Origin: Macrostomum lignano
Taxonomy: Eukaryota
DNA length: 64,000 nt
Direction: 5' to 3'
Assembly: GCA_002269645.1 (NCBI GenBank)
Contig: NIVC01001356.1
Coordinates: 124,001 to 188,000 of the forward strand
Below the pieces are notes generated by a model, which saw nothing but the letters and a program-made list of their open reading frames with translations, ran no database searches and had not been told where the DNA came from. A program made the translations under genes and the position numbers. Below, piece after piece: positions 34,674 to 46,128 of this stretch. How positions within the stretch are numbered: position 1 is the first letter of the stretch; each line of letters opens with the position of its first letter.

Positions 34674-37625
34674 TCCTATATACTAAAAATGAGTTGTTTG
34701 TTTGTTTGTTTGTACGCAATCGATTAGAGAAAAAATGGCTGGACCGATTTTCATGAGACTTGCACTGTTCGATCAGAAATTTTCCCGTGACGGTACATGC
34801 ATCGTGGCTAAGAAATTGCTCGATGCTAAAGGCATTAAATATTCGAAAAACATGCTTTTTTGCAAAGGTCAAGCAAACTTTTCGACTTGAAATGCATTGT
34901 AAGAATGCTAGAGAAAAACTGACTGGTTGAACTCTGATTCTGAAATAGATTGCATCATCACTGAATTGTAACTCCGACTTGAATTGAAAATGCAGTGTGG
35001 AAGCGTAGCACCAGACTTGATTTAAATTGCGTAACCATATTGTTAACTGATACTGACTGACTGAGAAACTGATTATGTCATAACTGCTTCGTGTGATTTA
35101 CTCTATGCTTGGATTTTAAAGTGTTGAATTATATAAGTGCAAAATTTGATGTTATCAAAACGATGAGAACTAGCCTAGAGGTGAACAGACTGAACTGCTA
35201 AATGCAGCGATGATGGTTCGAATTTTCATAGAGTATAATTTTTTTAATTAAAGCTTTTCAACGTCAGGAAAACTAAAAGACTTTTTAAAAAGAATTGCGT
35301 CATGTAAAATCATAGAAGCGTCATGTAAACAATCATAGAAGCGTCATGTAAACAATCATAGAAGCGTCATGTAAAAAATCTTAGAAGCGTCATGTAAACA
35401 ATCATAGAAGCGTCATGTAAACAATCATAGAAGCGTCATGTAAACAATCATAGAAGCGTCATGTAAACAATCATAGAAGCGTCATGTAAACAATCATAGA
35501 AGCGTCATTTAAAAAATCATAGAAGCGTCATATAAAAATCGTAGAAGCGTCATGTAAACAATCATAGAAGCGTCATTTAAAAATCGTAGAAGCGTCATGT
35601 AAACAATCATAGAAGCGTCATTTAAAAAATCATAGAAGCGTCATTAAAAAATCATAGAAGCGTCATGTAAAAAATCGTAGAAGCGTCATGTAAAAAATCT
35701 TGGAAGCGTCATGTAAACAATCATAGAAGCGTCATGTAAACAATCATAGAAGCGTCATGTAAACAATCATAGAAGCGTCATTTAAAAATCGTAGAAGCGT
35801 CATGTAAACAATCATAGAAGCGTCATTTAAAAAATCATAGAAGCGTCATTAAAAAATCATAGAAGCGTCATGTAAAAAATCGTAGAAGCGTCATGTAAAA
35901 AATCTTGGAAGCGTCATGTAAACAATCATAGAAGCGTCATGTAAACAATCATAGAAGCGTCATGTAAACAATCATAGAAGCGTCATGTAAACAATCAAAG
36001 AAGCGTCATGTAAACAATCATAGAAGCGTCATGTAAACAATCATAGAAGCGTCATGTAAAAAATCATAGAAGCGTCATGTAAACAATCATAGAAGCGTCA
36101 GGTAAACAATCATAGAAGCGTCATGTATTGAATCATAGAAGCGTCATGTAAACAATCATAGAAGCGTCATGTAAACAATCATAGAAGCGTCATATAAAAA
36201 CATAGAAGCGTCATTTAAAAAATCATAGAAGCGTCATGTAAACAATCATAGAAGCGTCATGTAAACAATCATAGAAGCGACATGTAAACAATCATAGAAG
36301 CGTCGTGTAAAAATCATAGAAGCGTCATGTAAAAAATCATAGAAGCGTCATGTAAACAATCATAGAAGCGTCATGTAAATAATCATAGAAGCGTCATGTA
36401 AAAATCATAGAAGCGTCAAGAAAAAATCATAGAAGCCTCATTTAAAAACTAATGAAAGTGTCATTTAAAAAATTTAGAAGCGTCACGGTAGAATAAAAGA
36501 AACGTCATGTCAGACATGAAGGGTTCATGTAAAAATTAAATGCAACTATAGTGCTGTGCTGGGGAGAAAAACTGAGACGTAAAGGCTCTCAGAGAATAAC
36601 TGAGATTACGGGGGGGGGGGTTTCTGAGATGTCAAAGCAAAAGTCAGAAGCTACTTCAAAGTTCATGTCACGGGGGGGGGCGCTGATAGAAGAAAAGTCA
36701 TGTAAAAAATAAAAGTAGCACTATGTATACATAAAAGAAAAGTCATGTCGAAGTTAAAAGATTCATTTGGGAATTGCTACGATGTCAAAGCTTGGTGGAA
36801 ATCGTTATAGTGCTGTGATTCTTAAAGAAGGAATCACTAAAATGTCAAGGCTTAGGGGAGAAGAATTGCTGAGATTTCAAGGCTTTAGGTTGGGTTAAAG
36901 TTAGGTTTAGGTCAGGTGTGGGTTGAGGGTTATATTTTATCGGGTTTCAAGGTTAACAGGGGATTTTTTAGATTTCAATGTTTATGGGGGCCATTGCTGA
37001 CATGTCAAGGCTCACGGGGGTATAAATGAGATTTCAAGGCTAAAGTCAGAAGCTACATGTAGTTTATTGAAAACTTTTTATTACATTATTTGATGCCTCC
37101 TCAGGGGAGGGATCGCTGATAAAAAAAGCGTAATGTAAAAAATTACATTACGATAAAAATGATAAAAAAAGCGTAATGTAAAAAATAAAAGAAGCTTCAT
37201 GTCGAATTTAAGAGATTCATTTGGGAATCCCTACGATGTCGAGGCTTGCAGGGAATCGCTATAATGCTGTAGTAGTGCTATAATGACTCTTAGAGAGAAT
37301 TACTGAAATTTCAATGCTTTAGGGTTAGGTTAGGGTTAGGGTTAGGTTAGGGTTAGGGCTAGGGTTAGGGTTAGGGTTAGGGTTAGGCTAGGGTTAGGGT
37401 TAGAAGGTTGACAGATATTTTTAGATTTCCAAGGCTTATTGGGGGCATTGCTGAGATGTCAAGGGGGGAAGTTGATATGTTAAAGCTTGTGGGGGGGATA
37501 ACTGACATGTCAAGGCTTACAAGGTTTGACAGGAGATTTTTTAAGATTTCAAGGATACATGTAGCTTATTAAAAAAACGTGTATTGCATTTCTTTGGCTC
37601 CCCAACGGGGGGCGTAGATTGCTAG
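34674..37625 (+). mobile_element. non-autonomous Helitron-like element, type B copy 2 (2952 bp)
   Basis: TCCTATATACTAAAAATGAGTTGTTTGTTTG 5' end. Same body as B1 with a shorter satellite. Identical 3' hairpin, and CTAG (37622-37625) is followed by a host T. Confidence 0.85.
35295..36510. repeat. 23-bp satellite inside Helitron B2, about 50 copies
   Basis: Same monomer as 31595-33400. Confidence 0.95.
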
Positions 37626-38662
37626 TCCAGTCTATAGATTATCAATTCAGTCTATAGATTAGCAATCCAGTCTATAGATTAGCAATATAGTCTATAGATT
37701 AGCAATCTAGTCTATAGATTAGCAATCCAGTCTATAGATTAGCAATATAGTCTATAGATTAGCAATCCAGTCTATAGATTAGCAATCCAGTCTATAGATT
37801 TGCAATCTAGTCTATAGATTAGCAATCCAGTCTATAGATTAGCAATATAGTCTATAGATTAGCAATCTAGTCTATAGATTAGCAATCCAGTCTATAGATT
37901 AGCAATATAGTCTATAGATTAGCAATCCAGTCTATAGATTAGCAATCCAGTCTATAGATTAGCAATTCAGTCTATAGATTAGCAATCCAGTCTATAGATT
38001 AGCAATCCAGTCTATAGATTAGCAATATAGTCTATAGATTAGCAATTCAGTCTATAGATTAGCAATATAGTCTATAGATTAGCAATCTAGTCTATAGATT
38101 AGCAATCCAGTCTATAGATTAGCAATCCAGTCTATAGATTAGCAATATAGTCTATAGATTAGCAATCCAGTCTATAGATTAGCAATTCAGTCTATAGATT
38201 AGCAATTCAGTCTATAGATTAGCAATATAGTCAATAGATTAGCAATCTAGTCTATAGATTAGCAATCCAGTCTATAGATTAGCAATTCAGTCTATAGATT
38301 AGCAATTCAGTCTATAGATTAGCAATATAGTCTATAGATTAGCAATCTAGTCTATAGATTAGCAATCCAGTCCATAGATTAGCAATTCAGTCTATAGATT
38401 AGCAATCCAGTCTATAGATTAGCAATATAGTCTATAGATTAGCAATCCAGTCTATAGATTAGCAATCCAGTCTATAGATTAGCAATTCAGTCTATAGATT
38501 AGCAATCCAGTCTATAGATTTGCAATCTAGTCTATAGATTAGCAATCCAGTCCATAGATTAGCAATTCAGTCTATAGATTAGCAATCCAATCTATAGATT
38601 TGCAATTTAGTCTATAGATAAGCAATCCAGTCTATAGATTAGCAATATAGTCTATACATTAG
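37626..38662 (-). repeat. 20-bp minisatellite array 5 (right half of the split array), about 52 copies
   Basis: TCTATAGATTAGCAAT(C/A/T)(C/T)AG units resume in phase after the Helitron CTAG. Confidence 0.95.
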
Positions 38663-39438
38663 CTATCCCGGAACCAGATGGCATAATGATGACAGCTTTA
38701 TCTTGCCATTGTGTCGAGGTAAAAATACTATGCATACAGTATCGCCGATAGGCCTGACGAACAGCATGAGTAGATCCCAGGAAAACCTTATTTCAAAGTT
38801 AATTGTCGCAATTTCCCAAAAAAAAAATCAATTTTCTGTGTTGTGTTGCCCCTGATCGACGCTTCTGAATCATTGTACACTCAACGTCAAGGACAAGGTA
38901 GAAAAACACAAAATACTGTAGAAGTTTCAAATTCGACAAGGTACATGTAATTACTTATATTGATTTACTGTAGATTAAAGAGTGGATATGAAGCTACGAG
39001 TATATAACATGCACGAACTGTATTCATACAATTATGACCAGACTGTACAAGCAAAAAGTACTTCAATTCTCCTCGGGATGCGATGCTAGCAGGGAAAATT
39101 TATTAAAAATTCCTCTTAACAAGTTTCCCTCCCACTGAACAAGAAAACTCACTTGGGCTCCAATTGATTGCAGTCATGGTATACGCAATCGTTATGTGTC
39201 GTGGGTCGTTTATCAATTAGAACATTTTTTTCCAAAGTGCATTCTAAAGCTGCAAAACTGCATTAACGGGATGGGAAGCTTTTAGCTTGTTTAGCACCTT
39301 GAATTCCCAATGTCACATCTTCTGGATTTTGAAAAGCAGCTAACCTTGGCCTTATTCGTTTTGAAAACATTTTTCCTTTTGGGGGAGGGGCTTTTAAAAG
39401 TTGACACGGAAACTGTGGCCATTCGCCTAGTCATAGTA

Positions 39439-40554
39439 GTCTATGTCCCAAACCAAAATACTTGGAAGGCGCTATGAGTCTTCCACTTCTATATTTAAAA
39501 CCAAAAGATCTTGGCAAGTCCTTACAGTGTACTGTGCTGTCAAAAGCGAAATTACAGTCATAAAAATGGCACTGCACAAAAACCATCAAGCAAAGGCAGA
39601 GACATCCTGACGGTCCATGTCCCCAGTTATTGTCAATCAATCACAATTTGGCAGGTAATCGCAGCATGTGACGATGCCAATGGCTTTCTTCGCAACCAGC
39701 ATCATGACTAGCTCTTGTTTTGCAGGGTGAAGTCTGACGGTGGCGTCGCCAGCTCCTCAGTCGTAGCACGCGCCTTCACTGGCTGCTTTGAAAACGCTGT
39801 GAGCAAGCTCAACCGGGATTGAGAGCCGGCGAATAGTAGGGTTGCAGTGTGGCGCGCAGGGAGATCCGCAGGGAGCACAATCCATTGATGAATTCCTGGA
39901 ATCGCTGGTGGATCAAAATTGTTATATGATCTCGTAGATGAGGCCCATCTCCTCCTACGTTGTCAGCGCCACATTTACTTTGCTTCCCTTCCGAGCATGA
40001 GCTGGGCTGCCTATCCTGCTTTCCCTTGGCCCAATTCGTGTCTAGATGTTAAGGCCGCACTCATCAAGGAACACAACAGTCGTGTTCAGCTGCTGTGTTG
40101 ATGAAACATAGGGCATACTCCTGCCTAATTTGTACGGCGCGATCAGAATTGCGAGCTTCCGGAATGTTGCTTCCCTTCGTAGTATCCTTCAGAGTGTACT
40201 GCTGTCCATCCAGTGCTGGTAAAATGGTTGTCTTGTCGATGATCCACTGCAGACCATTGAACTGTTTCAGCAAGCGCTGCCGCATCGGCTGTGTTAGAAA
40301 TGTGTACATGTACATGTACTCTCAGAAATGCTTCTGCACTGAATGGTCTTTAGTAATATAGCCTGGCTATAGACAAAATTAGCGGCTGGAGTGGCCCAAG
40401 GAATTCTAAATCTATTTCTCAAGGGGTTTGGACATGGACTTCTATACTTGGCATCTAAGATGCTAAGTATAGAAGTCCATGGGTTCATGGAAAATGGATT
40501 GCCTCAATTGAAAAAAAACTGATTGCGCTAACCATTTTGGTTTGGGCCATAGAC
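39439..40554 (-). mobile_element. decayed IS630/Tc1-like DNA transposon (1116 bp)
   Basis: 21-bp TIR GTCTATG(T/G)CCCAAACCAAAAT at 39439-39459 and 40534-40554, with TA on both sides. Minus-strand remnants: ARNSDRAVQIRQEY, VFLDECGLNI*TR and YSPALNP(V)E. Confidence 0.8.
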
Positions 40555-42840
40555 TATACTTTGACAAGGCGAACCCACATGGCCACATTCAGTCTCCCGA
40601 ATGGAAAATTGACTGCAAAAAGTGATAATATTTTCTCCAAAGGAATGAGCCTATAGGAGCACGCAATTTGATCCTTAGCGGAGTGGTCAAGCAATTGAAG
40701 ACTTGCGTTTTCATTTCTATGACCCAGTAGAGGGGGTAATTTGTGCAAGAAGCCATTTTGAGATCACTTTGGGCGCTCGACCGCGCGCAATGCTTTTGAA
40801 GCTTTTTATAATAATTTTTCAGCTTATACGATTCAAAAACTTTTAGCTTTAGACCACAGCTAGCTATCTATATGTCTTGATGTGCAATAAATCATAAGCT
40901 ACATGTAGGATCGCATCGCTCGATTATTCAATAATGTAAATTATAGATCGAGATTGCATATCAGAATGCTAAAATAGATAAATATACAACTCTCCTACTG
41001 TAAGTAGCATAATAAAGCATATGATAATAAATAGAGTATATTTTCCACTCGAAAGGAGCAAACATCATGAAGCTGACACAGAGGCCTAAAGTATCATAAT
41101 AAACTAGCATTTTGGCAGCTAAATTGTTTCATTGCCCTCTTGTAGGAGGCTGGTTTTATCTCAGCAACAGCAACAGGGTCAAGTTAAGTCTAGGTACATG
41201 TAATTACCGATTGAATACTAGTACGTGAACAAGTACTGAAGTAGAGGGATCATTATACTAGTGTATTCAATTTTCTTAGAAATGACATGGAGGCCGAGGC
41301 CGGGTCGCTAGGACGAATTAATGTACTGGCACTACATGTACATGTACTGCTGGTTTTGTGTACGTTTCTAATGCTGTGTATGGAATTTATTAATGTTTTT
41401 AAAGAACCCATAGCGTTTTGTGTTCTCTACAAAACATGTGTTTTACCATAGATGAATTCGGTCAAGCAACCGGTGCAGAAAATTCCAAGATCCAAGAATA
41501 ATGATCCAGCTTCCTCTTTTCTAGAGATTAAAAAAACGTTTTTCTTCTTTAAGCATTTTTAGCGCTAAGTTTTCCTTAATTAGTAATAATCCATAGAAAT
41601 AAAGACTTTTCGTGACAATATTTGCGTTCTCCGAGATTTTATTTGGTAATATTCAATAATATCCCGTAAAGTCTTAATGTCTATGGTTTATACGAGATTA
41701 CACGCCTTTTTCGGGAGTTATTTTTATAAATCCCTCGGGCCTCGGGCCCTCGTCATTTATACAAATAACTCCCTCAAAAGGCATGTTTAATCTGATACAT
41801 AATAGCCGTAATTGAATATTTTTTGTTTCCGGTAATTTCTTTGCTACACCTTCTTCCATTAGCCGTTTTTGTTATTTCTCATTTTCTTTTGTAAAAAACT
41901 TTTTCCGCGAAAGCTGTGGTTTAAATTCTTAAAACGAAGCAGAGAAGAACCTATCTATATTAATTGATTTGCGATTTCTTGTGACTTGGAAACAAACAAA
42001 GCTAAAAGCAAAAAGAATTTAGACCCCTATCTGTGATTTTAGGGTCCTGAGAATAGAGTAAAATCGACTGCCTGCTCATGTCTATTATTGTCTGAAATTT
42101 GACATTCCCGCACAATGCTACGCCTACAACCACAAGGCATACATAGGCCTAGGTTTTTTTGTGCGATAGTAGGGATGCTATTATATTATAATAGCATGCT
42201 CCAAAAGCACTTCCTGACTCAAAATCGCATCCTTAAATTGGACCTTGAATGCGATTTTGAATCCTTGTAAAAACGTTCTAAAAACTTTTAGAAAACAAGG
42301 ATTCGCTGATACTGATAGGCTATTAGGACGCTACACTTGTGATTCAGAAAAAAATAGGGTTTTTGAAGTATTTATTTAGGTAATTTTTGGCCAATAGGTT
42401 TGTCACAATGAGTAGAATACTTTAGCCACCATTTGATCTATCTATTATATTTTTTACCATTGTATAGGGGGCCTAGGTCTAATTGCATTTTGGTAAAAGT
42501 TGTTGATAAAAATATTTAGTGCTAAACTATAAATCTAGTGCCCCCTTCAAGGCACCCAATAAGCAAAGGACAAACATCATTTAGGCCTATATAAATCCTA
42601 TTTGTTTTAATACCTAGGCCTAAGTAATTCTCCCAGTAGGCTTAAGAGGTGTAAATTTACTTTCATTTGCAATTTTTTTCATTTAAAATGGTGCCAATGA
42701 TGCAGAATGATGAATGGGAGTTGTCTATGGCCCATAAGACCTACTAGCCGCGTAGAGTTGTTTGGGGCACAAAAATTTGGCTGAGTTTTATTGAGCCCTC
42801 ACTATAATTTGGACTTTAGAGACTTCGAGACTCTTTTGAT

Positions 42841-43431
42841 TTGCAAATGGCTGGACGGCCCCCAAGACCATTGTGGATTGTGCGACCAAATGAAGTTCTG
42901 TCAGCACAGGCACTGATGGAACTAAATATGAATTTAAGGGATCTAATGGAAGTGACGGCAAGTATTGACGAGACCATGTGGTGGCTTGCTTGTCATGGAC
43001 TATTGGCCAACCAATGGACCTACCCATGTGCTGCACATACATCAATGAATCTGCAGCACTGCAATGGAAAGCAATTCATTGATGGCTATGCCTGGGACTG
43101 TAAAACCTGTTGACACTAGGAGAGCATATGTAAGGGCTCCTTTTTTGAGGCCAGCCATTTGGACCTGCAGCAGCTAATCACCTTGTTGCAATGCTAGGCC
43201 AAAAACGAGTCCATGTCAACCGTCATACATGAGTGTTGCATCAGCCGCACCACTGTTGACTGGCTCAACTTTGTTCGCAACATCTGTTGCCAGTACTTTG
43301 TGGATCACCCAATGCAGCTGGGTGGCCCTAGTCATGTGTTCGAGATTGATGAAAGTTGGTTCTTCCACTGCAAGTGTCACCAAGGAGCCTACCGTGATAG
43401 TTACTGGGTGCTCGGAATGGTGGAACGAGGC
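42841..43431 (+). pseudogene. Merlin (IS1016/IS1595-like) transposase remnant
   Basis: WWLACHGLLAN, zinc-ribbon-like YAWDCKTC and KGSFFE, then VDWLNFVRNIC..QLGGPSHVFEIDESWFF..WVLGMVERG. It has stops and frameshifts and is 3'-truncated. Confidence 0.8.
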
Positions 43432-43634
43432 TTGCCCAAGTGCATGCAACAAGGATCTTACCATTTTTTCAGCATACAACAGGGTATATCTTGGTGTACA
43501 TGACACAATAGATATATTCTGTCAAATGACAATTTTTATATTGGCACATAGACCCAGTAGGGTCTATACAGAAGAGGTCTCATTATTTTTTCTAGCATTA
43601 AACCTAGTGTATACTAATATACAATCCAAATGAT

Positions 43635-43735
43635 GGCATCTTAGTAATTCCCCTAGTAAGGCTTGACACCTCAACAATTCCTCCAATAAGCCTTGAAATC
43701 TTAGCAGTTCCCCTAATATATTTTGATATCTCAGT
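43635..43735 (-). repeat. orphan fragment of the Helitron-internal about 30-bp repeat
   Basis: The reverse complement reads ...GCTAAGATTTCAAGGCTTATTGGAGGAATTG..., matching the 28380-30470 family. Confidence 0.6.
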
Positions 43736-43971
43736 GTCATAAAATATATATTGTTTATCTTTTGTTTTAAGTACTTGATATTCTAGTATACTTAAAATTA
43801 TTGGATCTAGAATACAAATGCTCTTCTATAATCTAGCCTTTGTTGATATAGATGATTACTCTGAATTCATTTATCAAGAATCAAGATCTACAATAGTTTC
43901 AAAATTTTGTTTTCTATATTTCAAGATATATAATACTTTTAGTAAGGTAATCTATTTGATCTATCTAATTA

Positions 43972-45187
43972 TTCGGTTGAAGGAAAAGTTCTCTCTGATT
44001 TTAAGAACTTATATTGTACTAAGTTTTTATAGAACTGAAGCAACTTCATATCACCTTCATTACCATCATATTTGATGACTTTCTGCCATTGTTTATGTAG
44101 ACTCATGATGCCATCCTTAAAGAACTTAGCTGGTTTTGAGGCAAAGAAGTTGTCTAGCCAGACATTGAGTTCATTCTCATCATTGAACAATTTCTCAGCC
44201 ATAGCACTGGACAGGGATATTAACAAATGGTAATCAGATAGTGCAAGGTCTGGTGGATGGGGTAAAACCTCCCAGCCCAGATCAAGCAGCTTCTGCTAAG
44301 TAACCTTTGCTATGTGTGGCCGTGCATTGTCGTGAAGAAAATAGACTGGACTGTGATTAGGGTGCTTTTCTTTGATCTTTGCTGCCAAATCATCCAGTTG
44401 CTAACAGTACTTGTCAGCTGTAATTGTCAAGTTTGGTAGCAGCAGCTCATAGTGAATGATGCCATTGCAGTCCCACTAGATGCTGAGCAGTGGTGCTTGT
44501 GGCTGTGGTTTTGGCACTTCATTTTCGTCTACCCACAAAGCATAGCATTTCATGTTGGTGCATAAACACCACTTTTCATCACCCATCACTATGGATGTCA
44601 GCCAATGGGTTGTGCAACAGTAGGACAAAAGAAACATCGCAGCATCAGTGCAATGCCAATGGTCAAACTTAGTAAGGTTGTGGGATACCCATTGTGCCAA
44701 CTTGTACATCCTACCCAGCTGGCACAGGTGATCAATGATGGTGGTCTGGTGTACCCAGAAGAGATCTGCCATTTCACACGAGGTTTGGTGGGGATCACTT
44801 TCTACAAGCTGGCACAGCTGCTCATCATCCACTCCCAATTGTTGACCTGATTGAGGCTGGTCTTTGAGTTCAAAGTTTCCATTGCAGAAATGAGTGAACC
44901 AGTCCCGGACAGTTCTGTTGGATACAGTACCCTCTCCAAATGCAGAGTTAATGCGACATGCCAATGCTTAAGTCCAGATTTAAAGTCGTAGAGCAAACAT
45001 CCAAGAATATAGAGTCTTGAAATTTCCATTTTTTAGGCACTATTCTGAAGAAAATAGAAGGCAATGACTATGACATGATGCCCACCTATCCTTCTTTATA
45101 ATCCAGCAATGAAAGGTTCTAGAACTTTCAAAATTTTCCTTGCATTATAGTTTTCTAGAATTGGCGAGAACTTTCCCTTGAACCGAA
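43972..45187 (-). mobile_element. decayed mariner transposon (1216 bp)
   Basis: 22-bp TIR TTCGGTT(G/C)AAGG(A/G)AAAGTTCTC with flanking TA. Transposase remnants: SAFGEGTVSNRTVRDWF, WVSHNL, IVMGDEKW, HPP..DLALSDYHL and FFKDGIMSL.KQWQKVI. Confidence 0.9.
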
Positions 45188-45685
45188 TAATAGCATTTTT
45201 AACTATTGTGATAACATTGATTAAGATGGCAATTAGTTCTTTGCATATATTTATAACCTCTAAAATTATACTACTCAGGTAACTATTTTGTAACTTACCT
45301 AAAAACAAACAAAATCTTTCTATTCATTGTCAAATTCCCAATTCCCATTGCTTGAGTCCCCCATTCTAGGAACTTAAAAGCTTAAATTTAGTCCCCATTA
45401 TCCCAAACCTATCACTTTGAAACTGGAAAATCCAATCCATTTATTTTTACTTCCCTAACCCTATCAAAGCAATAGCTCCATTGGTTTATTTGAGTGGTAT
45501 TACTAGATACAGGAACTAGATATATAAAGTACAAGGTCTCAAAACCATATCCATATCTGTATGCTTCCCCAAAAACCTCTATTCATAACTTCCCATAGCT
45601 ATATCTGTAGCTATGGTGGAACTCTAAAATTTTTATCAATCCCAAAAATCATAAAAGGTAACCAATTTATCCTTGGTATCCCTCA

Positions 45686-45948
45686 CATACATGCGCAACC
45701 TCCAAAATTCGGTCGGCCATGCGACTTAGTTTTAACAAAAATGCGACTTACATGTAAAAAACCCTAACGCAAAATTAACGCAACTTTGGGTAAACGGCAG
45801 GAGTAACTATAACTGTCTTAATAAGTCAAAATGCCTCGTCAGCTACTTAGTACTACTACTTTGGTATTTTTTGGGTGGGCATTTTTGCGACTTCCTTGGT
45901 TGGCCGCCAAATCGGTCGGCCGACTCGGCCGACTGTTGCGCATGTATG
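45686..45948. mobile_element. 263-bp hAT-type MITE
   Basis: Perfect 14-bp TIR CATACATGCGCAAC / GTTGCGCATGTATG. 8-bp flanks ATCCCTCA and ATCCTTCA match at 7/8. Subterminal TGCGACTT occurs 3 times. Confidence 0.82.
45788..45851 (+). pseudogene. 64-nt cytoplasmic LSU (28S) rRNA-derived fragment, helix 69-71 region
   Basis: 53/64 ungapped match to the conserved eukaryotic GGGTAAACGGCGGGAGTAACTATGACTCTCTTAAGGTAGCCAAATGCCTCGTCATCTAATTAGT. The reference was recalled from memory, not looked up. Confidence 0.8.
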
Positions 45949-46128
45949 ATCCTTCAGGTTAGCTTTTTAGTTAAGCAGAACTGGATGTGGTTAGTTTACC
46001 TCAGTTTGAGCACTGTTGCTGACTGTTCATCATAAATTTTGCTAATTGACAGGTATAGTATAACTTTATTTATTATATATTTGTTTATCTGACATTGTGC
46101 CAACAATGCTTGGCTATTTGCTTTTCAG

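Noticed and set aside
42219-42260. 12-bp perfect inverted repeat TCAAAATCGCAT / ATGCGATTTTGA
   Set aside because: Too short and isolated to assign, with no TSD identified.
42723-42734. GTCTATGGCCCA, identical to the first 12 nt of the IS630-like TIR
   Set aside because: No TA flank, no continuation of the TIR and no partner end found.
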